The translations under genes and the position numbers were made by a program. A stretch of DNA of 61,929 nt, filler included. It is 4 parts of 4 records of this genome, joined end to end, with 100 filler letters (N's around TTAATTAATTAA, not from the genome) between each part and the next. Parts side by side here need not be neighbours in the genome. Positions count along the whole stretch, not along the records: positions 36,849 to 61,929 come from SRR33789315_104; 3 more parts are not named here. One strand, given 5' to 3'. This document shows positions 48,288 through 59,371 of the stretch, one piece after another. Every line of letters begins with the position of its first letter. The stretch's first letter is position 1. The notes under the pieces were generated by a model. It made no database searches, had not been told where the DNA came from, and saw only the letters and a list, made by a program, of their open reading frames with translations.

Positions 48288-48665
48288 TTGATAAATCCAA
48301 CCCCAGCAGAATTAGAAATTCTTAATGTACTGTGGAATTTGCACGAGGCCACAACCCAAGTGGTCAATAATCTTTTGAATGAAAAACGTAAGGTAGGTTA
48401 CACCACGACGCTCAAAACCATGCAATTAATGGCAGAAAAGGACATTCTAGGTAGACGAAAGGAGGGGAAAAGCCATGTTTACTTTCCTTTGATTACCGAG
48501 CTAAACACTAAAAATAATATGTTAGACCGTTTTATTACTCATACTTTTGGCGGTAGTTCTAGCCAATTGGTGATGCAATTATTAGGTAATAAATCTGTTA
48601 GCCAAGATGAAATCAATGAAATAAAAACATTTCTAGCACAATTAGAGGGGCAGAATAATGGATAA
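48288..48665 (+). CDS. BlaI/MecI/CopY family repressor
   Basis: PTPAELEILNVLW, GYTTTLKTMQLM and FGGSSSQLV motifs. Confidence 0.93.
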   Translation: MINPTPAELEILNVLWNLHEATTQVVNNLLNEKRKVGYTTTLKTMQLMAEKDILGRRKEGKSHVYFPLITELNTKNNMLDRFITHTFGGSSSQLVMQLLGNKSVSQDEINEIKTFLAQLEGQNNG

Positions 48666-50673
48666 ATTAAGCGCACTAATTGATAGTAATGTGATTTATG
48701 CCCTTGGTTGGACTTTGCTGCATTCACTTTGGCAATGTTTGGTGGTTTATGTTGTTTTACGGATCAGTTTAAAAATAAGCCAAAATTACGCGCCGGCAGT
48801 ACGCTATTTGCAATGTTTAGCGGCTTTATGCCTTTGTGTCATGATCACTATCTTTACCTTTGTGGAGAACTACCAAAATATTAACCATGCTAGTGCTTTT
48901 TTGGTTACAAACCCATCTACTCTAGTATTTAGCGAAGGGGGAAGTTGGTGGACTGCTGTATTTAAATTAATTAATCCATGGTTAGATGGCATTGTTCTAA
49001 TATGGGCGCTGGGTGTATTGCTGCATTTAAGCGTCTATTTAAAAGCGTTTGTTCATTTGCAAGGGCTGAGGCGTCATGCAACGGAAATCGTGCCCAAAGA
49101 ATGGCAACAAAAACTCAGTCGTTTAACTCAGCGTATTGCCGTTAAACGCCAAGTCACATTTAAACTGTCTAAGGACGTGTTGGTACCTTGTGTTATTGGC
49201 CATGTTAAACCTCTAGTTTTGCTACCTGTGGCTATTTTTACACAGGTGCCCTGCGAACAAATCGAAGCTATTGTATTACATGAATTAGCGCATATTAAAC
49301 GAGCAGACTTCTTGATAAACGTGCTGCAATGTTTAACTAAGGCCGTGTTTTTCTTTAATCCAAGTATGTTGTTCATTAACCGTTTGGTAGATGAAGAACG
49401 AGAAAAAGCCTGTGACGATTTAGCCGTTTCGGCGTGTGGCGACCCGTTGTTATTTGCTCATAGTCTGAGTCGCTTTGCACAAGTGACACCCCACAGTCAG
49501 TTGGTCATGGCGGCCAATAAAGACCGTTATTTTATCTTATCTAGAGTAAAACGTTTGTTTGATAAACGCTCTGGTTTGAGCGGAAGTACTGAACGTTTGG
49601 TGGCGGTTATTAGCATTTTGTTGATGGCTTTAACAGTCAATGTGAGTGCTGCGAAAGAACCTCAATTGCCGGCACAAGCCAAATTTGCTGAGGAACAAGG
49701 GCTTATCAAACAAAACAGGCCGCCAGCAGATGTCGTATTTGAAACTAGTCACGCCGAACAAAGCGAGCAGCCCATCGATAAGCAGGATGAAGTGCAAATC
49801 CCACAAGTTTTAGCGGTCAACGATATGGGTGACAATACAGAGCAAAAAAAACCAAGTCAGCTATCTGATGAGATAAGTGGTAATCAAACTAAGGTGGGCT
49901 TGACGGATGAGCAGGCTGCGCCTGACGAGTTTATCTTAGCGGCCATCACTCAAAGCGATAGGTCAATGACCGTGGATGATGAGCCTGAAGCAAGTGACGT
50001 AGTCAATCAACTAAGCGCTAGCACAGATTACCTTATATCAAAAAGCCAGAAGGCGGAACCGGATAAACCTCTTCATAAGAGTCCAAGTTCTTCAACTAAT
50101 AGTGCTTATCATGCAGCCAATACCGTGTTTAACCGCTTTATCATGTCTAGTGTCCATGTTTTAGACAAATTTCAGGACATTGCGTTTTTACCCTTGGATT
50201 GGCAACAACTGCAAATAGAATCAAACTTGGTTAATTTTGTCGAAAAAACAAATATATACTTACCAGAATTGCAAGGCAGTATAGTGGAAACGTTAGTCAT
50301 TGATGAGGGCCTTCCAGTTGCAATTGAAAGTAGGCCCACCTTAAATGCGCAACTGCGTTTAAAAAATCTAGAGCATAGAAACTACAGAGTCTATTGTTTG
50401 CCAAAGGGGCGAGCTGATATGAAACAATTTTGTGTCTACTCGAATCGAATAATTCTCTATTTCGATGTGGTATTGAGTGATTCAATTACGGGAAGCAAAC
50501 TTGCGTTAGCTGACAATATTGTGAGCTTTGATTCAGAAAAAGATATGAACTTGGGCGCTATCAGTATTTATTGGGGAGCCAGTGTACAAGCGACGTATTG
50601 GGATTTAGTTATTGCCAAAATAAAGCAGGATTTGAAAACCACAATTGCTCAAATTCAAATTTCATCATTGTGA
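48658..50673 (+). CDS. M56 (BlaR1/MecR1-like) membrane metallopeptidase with extracytoplasmic C-terminal domain
   Basis: ALGWTLLHSLWQ, HELAH, FFFNP and EREKACDD motifs; acidic linker; non-PBP C-terminal domain. Confidence 0.9.
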   Translation: MDKLSALIDSNVIYALGWTLLHSLWQCLVVYVVLRISLKISQNYAPAVRYLQCLAALCLCVMITIFTFVENYQNINHASAFLVTNPSTLVFSEGGSWWTAVFKLINPWLDGIVLIWALGVLLHLSVYLKAFVHLQGLRRHATEIVPKEWQQKLSRLTQRIAVKRQVTFKLSKDVLVPCVIGHVKPLVLLPVAIFTQVPCEQIEAIVLHELAHIKRADFLINVLQCLTKAVFFFNPSMLFINRLVDEEREKACDDLAVSACGDPLLFAHSLSRFAQVTPHSQLVMAANKDRYFILSRVKRLFDKRSGLSGSTERLVAVISILLMALTVNVSAAKEPQLPAQAKFAEEQGLIKQNRPPADVVFETSHAEQSEQPIDKQDEVQIPQVLAVNDMGDNTEQKKPSQLSDEISGNQTKVGLTDEQAAPDEFILAAITQSDRSMTVDDEPEASDVVNQLSASTDYLISKSQKAEPDKPLHKSPSSSTNSAYHAANTVFNRFIMSSVHVLDKFQDIAFLPLDWQQLQIESNLVNFVEKTNIYLPELQGSIVETLVIDEGLPVAIESRPTLNAQLRLKNLEHRNYRVYCLPKGRADMKQFCVYSNRIILYFDVVLSDSITGSKLALADNIVSFDSEKDMNLGAISIYWGASVQATYWDLVIAKIKQDLKTTIAQIQISSL

Positions 50674-50733
50674 CGGTGTTGATTATCTGCTAATAGGAGG
50701 AGTGAATATTCATATTAGTCGTGGCTGTTAACC

Positions 50734-50758
50734 AAAAAAAGGCCTCAAAAGAGGCCTT
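50734..50758 (-). terminator. Intrinsic terminator of xylA
   Basis: AAGGCCTC-aaaa-GAGGCCTT with A7 on the left (U-tract on the minus strand). Confidence 0.88.
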
Positions 50759-50818
50759 GTAAAAGCAAGTAAATCAGGGACACAATCATTTACTTACGGG
50801 ACAACACAAAATAGTCAA

Positions 50819-52138
50819 TTAACCGAATAAGATACGGTTAACTTGATTTTCCAACAATTCTTGTTGGCCACTTACATGCTTAGGTTGAAGGTTTTTAGCG
50901 GCAGCAAAATCAGCTAATGAGGCTAAACTGTGCTCACCATTTTGAATCGCTTTACCTAAATTACCACTCCAGCCTGCATAACGTTGTTTGACAAAATCAG
51001 CCAAAAAGTCTTTTTCTAATATGGCCGCTGCTTTACGTAGTGCTAATGCTAAATGATCCATACCACCAACATGACCATGGAACATGTCAGCAGGATCTGA
51101 GCTTTGACGGCGCAATTTACAGTCGAAGTTCATGCCACCTGTGGTGAATCCACCGGCTTTCAAAATTTCATACATAACTAAAGTTAATTCAGGTACGTCA
51201 TTAGGAAATTGGTCAGTGTCCCAACCTAATTGTGCATCACCACGGTTAGCATCTAAGCTACCAAAAATACCTAAAGAGACAGCAGTAGCCACTTCATGAT
51301 GGAATGAATGTCCAGCCAAGGTGGCATGGTTAGCTTCGATGTTAACTTTGTACTCTTGCTCTAAACCATATTGTTTAAGGAAGCCATAAACGGTGGCACT
51401 GTCATAATCGTACTGGTGTTTGGTGGGCTCTTGTGGTTTAGGCTCAATTAATAATGCCCCTTTAAAGCCAATTTTGTTTTTATGCTCAACAACCATTTGC
51501 ATAAAACGACCCAATTGCTCACGTTCCTGACGTAAGTCAGTGTTTAAAAGTGTTTCGTAACCTTCACGACCGCCCCACAATACGTAATTTTCACCACCTA
51601 AGCGCTTAGTTGCGTTCATTGCGTGGAACACTTGAGTGGCACCGTAAGAGAATATTTCTGGATCTGGACTTGTAATAGCGCCACCTGCATAGCGAGGGTG
51701 ACTGAATAAGTTCGCCGTACCCCATAATAATTTCATACCGGTTTCAGCTTGCTTCTGTTCAAGTACGTCGGTGATTTCAGCAAAATTATTAATGTATTCT
51801 TTGATTGAATCGCCACCTGGTGCAACGTCAGCATCATGGAAGCAATAATAAGGGGCATTTAATTTTGAGAAAAATTCAAAAGCGACGTTAGCTTTTTCTT
51901 TGGCACGCTGCATAGCGTCTCCCGCTTGTAACCAAGGACGTCCAAAAACACCCTGGCCAAATACGTCGCTGCCATCCCAACAAAAGTTGTGCCAATAACA
52001 AGAGGCAAAACGTAAATGTTCTGCCATGGTTTTACCCAAAATAACTTCGCTAGGGTTGTAATGATGAAAAGCAAGAGGGTTTGTAGACCCCGTTCCTTCG
52101 TATTGGATTTTGGAAATATTTTTAAAATACTCAGCCAT
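50819..52138 (-). CDS. xylA: Xylose isomerase (class II)
   Basis: [24 protein letters not shown] and GWDTDQF motifs. Confidence 0.97.
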   Translation of the reverse strand: MAEYFKNISKIQYEGTGSTNPLAFHHYNPSEVILGKTMAEHLRFASCYWHNFCWDGSDVFGQGVFGRPWLQAGDAMQRAKEKANVAFEFFSKLNAPYYCFHDADVAPGGDSIKEYINNFAEITDVLEQKQAETGMKLLWGTANLFSHPRYAGGAITSPDPEIFSYGATQVFHAMNATKRLGGENYVLWGGREGYETLLNTDLRQEREQLGRFMQMVVEHKNKIGFKGALLIEPKPQEPTKHQYDYDSATVYGFLKQYGLEQEYKVNIEANHATLAGHSFHHEVATAVSLGIFGSLDANRGDAQLGWDTDQFPNDVPELTLVMYEILKAGGFTTGGMNFDCKLRRQSSDPADMFHGHVGGMDHLALALRKAAAILEKDFLADFVKQRYAGWSGNLGKAIQNGEHSLASLADFAAAKNLQPKHVSGQQELLENQVNRILFG

Positions 52139-52279
52139 GAGGCGCTCCTAAAAAGGTAAAAATTTAATGATTCAGTTAGTGCTATCATGCTATTTACATG
52201 AGAGGCTAACAATTATGTTTTCTTAATTAACCAGTGTGCTATTTGTTGCTTTTTTGTTACTGTTCGATCTTTGTCTAAT

Positions 52280-53743
52280 TTATTGTGCCGTCATTAGTGG
52301 TGCTAATTGTGCGTACAATTTTTGAAATTTCAAACGTCTGTTGCTTAGTATAGTTGCGCGTTTAACATTAGATTCGAAAACAGATTCAAGTGCAGGTTGT
52401 GGGCATATTTGCTCTAAACTTTTATCCGTTTCAATAGCGAGCTGTGCAAGTCGAGCAGCACCTAAACCTGGGCCTACATCACCACCAGTGCGGTAATTGA
52501 CGGGACGCTGAAGTACATCAGCTAACAATTGACGCCAATAACGACTTTTAGCCCCACCACCGATTAAGGTGATTTCATCCGCTTGGCCGCCCGCCTGGTG
52601 TAACGCTTCTACACCATCTGCAAAGGCAAAACTCACTCCTTCTAATACGCTGTAGGTCAAGTTAACTTGGGCACTCGAGTGGGTTAAACCAAAGAACGTG
52701 CCACTTGCAAAGGGATTATTATGTGGGGTCCGTTCACCACTTAAATAAGGTAAAAATATGGGACAGTGGTCAAGGTCAATTTTTGTATTGTCGAGTTCAT
52801 CGAGCAAATCTTGAACAGGACGCTTTGCAATGTTTTCAGCAAACCATTGCAGACAGCTTGCTGCACTTAAAATAACTGACATTAAATGCCATGTATTGGG
52901 TAGTGCATGGCAAAAACTGTGTACGGCAGATTCTGGGTTGGCGGTAAAACCGTCAGTAACGGCAAAATATACGCCTGAAGTACCGAGCGACAACATAGCC
53001 TGCCCTGGTTTTACAATACCTACCCCTACAGCACCGGCCGCATTATCACCACCACCCGCAATCACTGGAATGGCCGTCATATTCCAACGCGCTGCGATAT
53101 CCGTTTTTACCTTACCGGTAATGTGTGAACCTTCATATAAACGCGGCATATGAGACTCGTTTAAACCACAGGCGGCTAACAAGCCGTGATGCCATGCACG
53201 ATTCTTAACATCTAGCCACATTGTGCCAGCGGCATCTGACATGTCAGATGCATAATCCCCGGTGAGTAATAAACGTAAGTAGTCTTTGGGTAAGAGCACC
53301 TTAGCGATACGCGCAAAATTTTGAGGCTCATACTGTTTAAGCCATAAAAGTTTAGGGGCAGTAAAACCTGGCATCATAATGTTACCAGTGATCTGACGGG
53401 AATTAGGTACTAACGCTTCCAGCTCTTTGCACTGCGCTTCACAACGCCCGTCATTCCACAAAATAGCAGGACGAATGACCTGATCTTTGTCATCAAGTAA
53501 GGTTGCACCGTGCATTTGTCCAGATAAACCTAAACCGCGAACTTGAGATAAATCATGTTTTGCACTGAGCTTATCCATTGCATTACAAAAGCCCGTCCAC
53601 CAATCTTGCGCACTTTGTTCTGACCAAAGTGGTTTAGGTCGACTGACTTCAAAGCTGCTGGAACTGGTATCAACGATATCGCCAGCGGAGTTTGTTAACA
53701 CAATTTTAATACCCGAGGTGCCTAGATCAACGCCTAAATACAT
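52280..53743 (-). CDS. xylB: Xylulokinase
   Basis: GVDLGTS, SGQMHG, WNDGR, GDNAA and PYLSGERTP motifs. Confidence 0.96.
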   Translation of the reverse strand: MYLGVDLGTSGIKIVLTNSAGDIVDTSSSSFEVSRPKPLWSEQSAQDWWTGFCNAMDKLSAKHDLSQVRGLGLSGQMHGATLLDDKDQVIRPAILWNDGRCEAQCKELEALVPNSRQITGNIMMPGFTAPKLLWLKQYEPQNFARIAKVLLPKDYLRLLLTGDYASDMSDAAGTMWLDVKNRAWHHGLLAACGLNESHMPRLYEGSHITGKVKTDIAARWNMTAIPVIAGGGDNAAGAVGVGIVKPGQAMLSLGTSGVYFAVTDGFTANPESAVHSFCHALPNTWHLMSVILSAASCLQWFAENIAKRPVQDLLDELDNTKIDLDHCPIFLPYLSGERTPHNNPFASGTFFGLTHSSAQVNLTYSVLEGVSFAFADGVEALHQAGGQADEITLIGGGAKSRYWRQLLADVLQRPVNYRTGGDVGPGLGAARLAQLAIETDKSLEQICPQPALESVFESNVKRATILSNRRLKFQKLYAQLAPLMTAQ

Positions 53744-53924
53744 ATAAAGTCCTCAAAATTTTTTGTGGATATTAGCAGAGAGTTTTGTTTTTAAAGAGCT
53801 ACAGGATTGATTACGAAATTAAATAACTAAATAACATAACAATTCTACTCGCTTACATTATAGCTATATGTAACAATATTGTTGCAAAATACTAAAAAAC
53901 ATAACTAAGTTTGTTGGAGTCTCT

Positions 53925-55094
53925 ATGTATCAAGCTCGGCACAGTATCAGTCTTTTGTTTAATGCAAATAAAGTCTATGACCGTCAAGTTATTGAAGGTA
54001 TAGGTCATTATTTGCAATCGTCAAAAGTAGACTGGGATGTTTACCTCGAAGAGGATTTTTTAGCCCGTCTAGAGCATATTGAAGAGTGGGGAGGCGACGG
54101 CATTATTGCTGATTTTGATGATCCCGCCATTCAAAAAGCCATGCTAAATGCCAAAGTGCCTGTTGTTGGGGTAGGTGGTTCATATTCGGACGAACAAGAT
54201 TATCCAGATGTTCCCTATGTGGCGACAGATAACTTTGAAGTTGTTAAGTCGGCTTACGAGCATCTAAAGAAAAAAGGTTTAGAACGCTTTGCTTTTTACG
54301 GCTTACCTGTAGATCAAACTCATCGCTGGGCAGTAGAGCGCGAACGTGCAATGATTAAATTGTGCAAAAATGATGGTTATGATTGCTCGATTTATCGTGG
54401 TCATCCTACCCGACCTGAAACGTGGCAGTATACCATGAACCGAGTCACTGATTGGATTCAAGGCTTGCCTAATCCAGTTGGGATTGTTTCAGTAACCGAT
54501 GCTAGAGCTCGCCATTTGCTGCAAGCATGTGAACAAATAGGTAAATTAGTACCAGATAATATTTCTATTGTTGGTATCGATGATGATGATATTGCGCGTT
54601 ATTTAAGTCGTATTAGTTTGAGTAGTGTTACCCAAGGTTGTTTTGATATGGGCTTCCAAGCTGCAAAGCTATTACATCGTAATTTGGAAAATCCCAATCT
54701 AAAAAATAGACGAGTATTGGTGCCTCCTGTAGGGGTGTCAGAAAGACAATCAACGGACTTTAAAGCGCTCAAAGACCCTTATGTTATCCAAGCCATGCAT
54801 TACATTAGACAAAATGCCTGCAGGGGAATAAAAGTAGAGCAAGTGTTAGATTATGTTGGAGTGTCACGCTCAAATTTAGAACAACGTTTTAGAGAAGAGC
54901 GTGAGCACAGTATTCATACCGAAATTCATAATGAAAAATTAGCCAAGGCCTGCAAACTTTTAGCGGATGAAAATATTTCGACTAATGAAGTGGCTCAGGT
55001 ATGTGGGTATCCGTCACTACAATATATGTATGCCGTGTTTAAAAAGCACTTTGATAAAACACCTCGTGAATTTAGAGAAGGGGTTGAGAAATAG
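53925..55094 (+). CDS. xylR: Xylose-responsive activator (LacI-type ligand domain plus AraC HTH)
   Basis: LLFNANKVYDRQV, IKVEQVLD and CGYPSLQYMY motifs as in E. coli XylR. Confidence 0.95.
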   Translation: MYQARHSISLLFNANKVYDRQVIEGIGHYLQSSKVDWDVYLEEDFLARLEHIEEWGGDGIIADFDDPAIQKAMLNAKVPVVGVGGSYSDEQDYPDVPYVATDNFEVVKSAYEHLKKKGLERFAFYGLPVDQTHRWAVERERAMIKLCKNDGYDCSIYRGHPTRPETWQYTMNRVTDWIQGLPNPVGIVSVTDARARHLLQACEQIGKLVPDNISIVGIDDDDIARYLSRISLSSVTQGCFDMGFQAAKLLHRNLENPNLKNRRVLVPPVGVSERQSTDFKALKDPYVIQAMHYIRQNACRGIKVEQVLDYVGVSRSNLEQRFREEREHSIHTEIHNEKLAKACKLLADENISTNEVAQVCGYPSLQYMYAVFKKHFDKTPREFREGVEK

Positions 55095-55158
55095 TAAGGC
55101 CCACTCATCTGATAAAGAATAATAGAAAAGAGAGGTAATTTTGTATTAATTCAGCATC

Positions 55159-55191
55159 CCATAGACTGCTAATGATTACAGCAGTTTATGG
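55159..55191. terminator. Stem-loop between convergent xylR and kinase genes
   Basis: CCATAGACTGCT-N9-AGCAGTTTATGG. Confidence 0.55.
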
Positions 55192-55207
55192 CTAACCTGT
55201 TATTCAC

Positions 55208-57928
55208 CTAAGCTTCTAGTGATTGAACTAAAGACAAATATTGGCTGACAAATAATGCAAGTTCAGCCGTTTTTAGCGGCTTGACTAAGTAATCATTCAT
55301 ACCCGCTTGCTGTGCCTTTTCTTTGTCTTGACTCATGGCATTAGCCGATAAACCACAGATAATAAGATCAGTGTAACCCAAATCACGTGCTTTTTTAGTT
55401 GCTTGATAACCGTCCATAATCGGCATTTGTATGTCCATTAATACCAAGTCATAGTGAATTGAGCTGGTGATTTTTTTAATGGCTTGTAGACCATCTTCAG
55501 CAATATCAAACGTCAGCCCCATTAACTTCAACATTTCTCCAGCTACAGCCTGATTAATTTGATTGTCTTCAACTAACAACACATGGCCTTTAAATTGTGT
55601 AATAGGCATTTTAGCTGCACCTAAGTCAAACTCATCAGCTTTATACAAATTGAATAACTGTTTTAAAAATCGATCTATTTGCGTCAAGGTAAATGGATGA
55701 CTTAAACAAGGGTAGGGGGAGTTTTTACTTAGTTTATGTGCCAGTTTATTGGGCTGTGATTCAGTGACAAAACCAAGGTTAATATCGAGTTTACTTAATT
55801 GGCTGAGGTCAGCCTGAAGGCTTTGATATGCATTTAAATCGGCAATATCAAGTAAAACGGCATCATCTTGATTCATTCCGCTAATTTGATTTTTTAATTC
55901 ACTTAAAGGAAAGCGGCGTAATTCAATATTGACTGCCTCAATATAGTCATCGGCCAAATATCCTTGTGGACCCACGCTGAAATAGAATAATCGACCGATG
56001 GGCTTGTGTTCTAAGTGCATTATTGGGGTGGAATAGTTAGCTATCCCTAAAGGAATGCATATTTTAAACTGACTACCCTTATTAATTTCTGATTCAGCAG
56101 TTATCGTGCCGTTCATCAATTTTACTAATTGCCTAACAATGCTTAAACCTAAGCCTGTCCCGCCAAATGTTCGACTGGTAGAGCCATCTGCTTGGGTAAA
56201 TGCGACAAAAACCTTATCTAATTGTTCGGGTGACATGCCAATGCCAGTGTCAGCTACCACCAACTCCAACATAATTTTGTCTGGTTCACTGAATGTATAA
56301 GTGTCTGCAGAAATAGTGACTGAGCCAGTGTGAGTGAATTTAATGGCGTTGTTACATAAATTGAGCAGAAGCTGGCTTATTCTTAATGGATCACCAATAA
56401 AATAGTTGAGTAACATCGGGTTGGCAGCAAATTGTAGTTTGAGTTTTTTTTCAGCGGCGCGACTTTTTACGTTGGCAATGACATTGGTAAACATATCCTC
56501 AATATTGAATTCTATTTGTTCAATATCCAATTTTCCTGCTTCGATTTTCGAGAAATCAAGTATATCGTTAATCAAGCTCATCAGAATTTCACTTGAATAA
56601 ACCACTTTATTTAGTTGCTCTCGCTGCACTGCGGTGAGTTCAGAATTGAGCACTAAATCCAACATGCCCACTATGCCGTTCATCGGTGTACGGATTTCAT
56701 GGCTCATATTGGCAACAAACATGCTTTTAGCTTCATTCGCCTGTTCAGCTTTTAGATTAGAGTGAATTAACGCTTGATTAAGTGCTTCTTGCTTGGCATT
56801 CATTAACTGCGACTCAACTAATAGCGTGTTTGTTTGTAGGTTTTTTTGTTGAAATACATTGGCCGCTTTAGCGAGTTGACCTATTTCATCCTGTCTGTCT
56901 AAATTAGGGATAACTTTAATTTCTTTACCTTGGGTTAAGCGTTCGAAAACGCTGGTAATTCTTTTGATGGGTAACATAATGCGGTAGGCTAAAAATACCG
57001 CGGATAGTATAGCTAATAAGATACCCACTAAGGAGTATAAGTCACTTTTGTTAAGCGACTTTTCTGTGGCGCCTTTTACTTCAACATTAGTTTGGTTTAG
57101 TTTTTCTGTCACTAATGAGTTTAGTTCTCTGGCCAAAAACAAAAACTCATTAGCTGAACCTGCCATAACCACATTCACTAAATATAAATAACCACGGGTT
57201 ATTTTAGTTAGCTGCAAAAAGTCTTTTTCAACTTGTGCGAGTTTGTTTGATACTTCACTGAACTCAATCTCTGATGTATTAGCTGGCTGCTTTTGTAATA
57301 GTTGTTTAGCCAAATCAATGCGTTGTTGAAACGTTACGACTAATTCTTGATCTGGATTTAATAAATATTGAAGTAAATAATTCTCCGCTTGAGCGATATA
57401 AAATAAGGCATTTTCGATATTTCTGTCGCTCGGGGTATTATTAGGATTACTGAATTCTGCCAAATTGAAATTATCAAATACGTGTTGTAGTTCAATCAGT
57501 AAGCCGTTATTAACTAAGGTTTGGCGTTGTGTTCGGCCAATAATAACACTAGCAAAATTATCATTATAGTCTGCTAAATGGGAGCGCATTCTTGCAATGT
57601 AATCGCTGTATAGCTGTGCTTGAACATCATTGGTTGTTAATTTTTGTAAAGTATTGAGCTTTGTATTGGTATCAGCCATTAATGTCATAAAACGACTTAT
57701 GGCAGATTCACTGGCAGAAGATTTGTAGATAAGTACGTTGCGCTGTAAATCGATAACGTCGCGCTCTAATTCTCTCACTAAACTAACTTCTGTAATGGTT
57801 TCTTGCGTAATATCTAAGTTATTGACAAAAGTTGCGTAGATATCCCGTGATAAAAAAATTTGTAAACCCAAGAGTAAGGCAAGAGTTAATGAAAATACTA
57901 ATATCTGTGATTTAAGGCTTGTGAACAC
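55208..57928 (-). CDS. Hybrid sensor histidine kinase (periplasmic helical sensor, HAMP, HisKA, HATPase, receiver)
   Basis: Two TMs; [24 protein letters not shown] and GGTGLGL; VEDN...LMDIQMP...KP. Confidence 0.94.
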   Translation of the reverse strand: MFTSLKSQILVFSLTLALLLGLQIFLSRDIYATFVNNLDITQETITEVSLVRELERDVIDLQRNVLIYKSSASESAISRFMTLMADTNTKLNTLQKLTTNDVQAQLYSDYIARMRSHLADYNDNFASVIIGRTQRQTLVNNGLLIELQHVFDNFNLAEFSNPNNTPSDRNIENALFYIAQAENYLLQYLLNPDQELVVTFQQRIDLAKQLLQKQPANTSEIEFSEVSNKLAQVEKDFLQLTKITRGYLYLVNVVMAGSANEFLFLARELNSLVTEKLNQTNVEVKGATEKSLNKSDLYSLVGILLAILSAVFLAYRIMLPIKRITSVFERLTQGKEIKVIPNLDRQDEIGQLAKAANVFQQKNLQTNTLLVESQLMNAKQEALNQALIHSNLKAEQANEAKSMFVANMSHEIRTPMNGIVGMLDLVLNSELTAVQREQLNKVVYSSEILMSLINDILDFSKIEAGKLDIEQIEFNIEDMFTNVIANVKSRAAEKKLKLQFAANPMLLNYFIGDPLRISQLLLNLCNNAIKFTHTGSVTISADTYTFSEPDKIMLELVVADTGIGMSPEQLDKVFVAFTQADGSTSRTFGGTGLGLSIVRQLVKLMNGTITAESEINKGSQFKICIPLGIANYSTPIMHLEHKPIGRLFYFSVGPQGYLADDYIEAVNIELRRFPLSELKNQISGMNQDDAVLLDIADLNAYQSLQADLSQLSKLDINLGFVTESQPNKLAHKLSKNSPYPCLSHPFTLTQIDRFLKQLFNLYKADEFDLGAAKMPITQFKGHVLLVEDNQINQAVAGEMLKLMGLTFDIAEDGLQAIKKITSSIHYDLVLMDIQMPIMDGYQATKKARDLGYTDLIICGLSANAMSQDKEKAQQAGMNDYLVKPLKTAELALFVSQYLSLVQSLEA

Positions 57929-57954
57929 GTTATTTTTTTACCTATTAATTGCAG

Positions 57955-59253
57955 TCATGAACTAATAAATTCATACCATTTTTGCAAACTATAGTCATAT
58001 GTCGGCATTGCTGTATTCCATACAGCGACATTACTAAAACGTTTAACGTAACTGCCCCCAGTACGCATATCTCCTTTTTTTACCGAAATATTGCCATCAG
58101 TACCACGCAAATCTTCGGTGGCAGCTTTACCCTCGTACCAATAATCCCATTCAGCTGCACTGAGAAATTTTTGTGAACGTTGCGGGTTGGAAATATAATA
58201 ACCTTGACGCGCAATAAATGCACCTGGCCATCCAGAGAGCCACCAATTCATGTAATCGTAAGCGGCATCTATTTGTCTACCTTGACTTGCCGACGATAAA
58301 CACATCACGCCGTGCCAACCTCGATATCCCTCTTTAGGCGCGGCAAAGGTAATGGGTAAACCCTGGCCATTTAATGTTGCTACCGCAGGAGAAAACATGC
58401 TTTCAATAACCACCCGTTGAGTACGCATAAAATCGATTGATTCGGGTACTGAGTTCCAGAAACCGCTAAAGTGCTTTTGCTGTTTAAAATCAATTAGTAC
58501 AGCAAATAACTTGTCTAGTTCGTTTTTTGTCATGTTGCCGATATCATTAAATTGCACTAAGTTTTCTGCTTGGGCGGCTAATGCTAGATCAAACAAACCG
58601 ATGGTTGGTTCATTCACTATGCCAACCTTACCTCGATGTGCGGGATTGAGTAGCCAGCCCCAACTTTCTGTCACATAGGGCTCCCCCTTAGGTATAAAAA
58701 AAGTGTTATAGCCAAAAGAGTCGACATTATGCACATAGGGTAAAAAACTAATGTGATCAGTAGGCGTTTCACCCAAGGTGCCATCACTTTGAATATTCAG
58801 TATTTTACTGGGAGCATCACCGGCACCAATTTTAGCATTTTCACTAATTTTTCCCGTTTTGGTTAAGGGGTTAATTTCGTCCCAATATAATAGCCGCTTT
58901 TTATCTATGGCTTGAATTGAGCCACTGGCCCATAAAGGACGAATACTGTTAGACCACTGCTCATATAAATCAAATGAAGTCGGCGCTACACTGGCTTTTT
59001 GTAAGACTGCCGCACTACCTCGTGGCTCAAAAATCAGTTCAATATCGAGGTCTTTCATCGCCTGTTCACGCAACTTTTCTTGTAAGGTTACATGGGTGCC
59101 AAGAATTTTAAGGCGAGTACGCTGGCGCGCAAATACATAGGGCGCTTTAGCACTAAAGGCTGCAGTGGCTACAACGGCACCAAGCGATTTAACGACAGTT
59201 CTGCGTTGCGGATTGTTGGTTGTGATGATGGAGGTATCAATGGGCTTATTCAA
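57955..59253 (-). CDS. Tat-exported extracellular solute-binding protein (PotD/F-like superfamily)
   Basis: RRTVVK twin-arginine signal; DSFGYN, ESWGWLL, PKEGYRGW and AYDYMNWWL blocks. Confidence 0.78.
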   Translation of the reverse strand: MNKPIDTSIITTNNPQRRTVVKSLGAVVATAAFSAKAPYVFARQRTRLKILGTHVTLQEKLREQAMKDLDIELIFEPRGSAAVLQKASVAPTSFDLYEQWSNSIRPLWASGSIQAIDKKRLLYWDEINPLTKTGKISENAKIGAGDAPSKILNIQSDGTLGETPTDHISFLPYVHNVDSFGYNTFFIPKGEPYVTESWGWLLNPAHRGKVGIVNEPTIGLFDLALAAQAENLVQFNDIGNMTKNELDKLFAVLIDFKQQKHFSGFWNSVPESIDFMRTQRVVIESMFSPAVATLNGQGLPITFAAPKEGYRGWHGVMCLSSASQGRQIDAAYDYMNWWLSGWPGAFIARQGYYISNPQRSQKFLSAAEWDYWYEGKAATEDLRGTDGNISVKKGDMRTGGSYVKRFSNVAVWNTAMPTYDYSLQKWYEFISS

Positions 59254-59305
59254 GACGATAACTTTTTCCAGAAAATATCACTAAACCATAGGTTATTCAT
59301 ACCGT

Positions 59306-59330
59306 AACCGCAATGCTGTACATTGCGGTT
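59306..59330 (-). terminator. Stem-loop after the DUF4426 gene
   Basis: AACCGCAATG-ctgta-CATTGCGGTT. Confidence 0.6.
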
Positions 59331-59371
59331 TATTAGATTTCAGGTGGGCTTAAATTAACAAATAAATGACG

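Noticed and set aside
48288-50673. Beta-lactam resistance locus
   Set aside because: No beta-lactamase or PBP gene nearby and no penicillin-binding sensor domain recognisable
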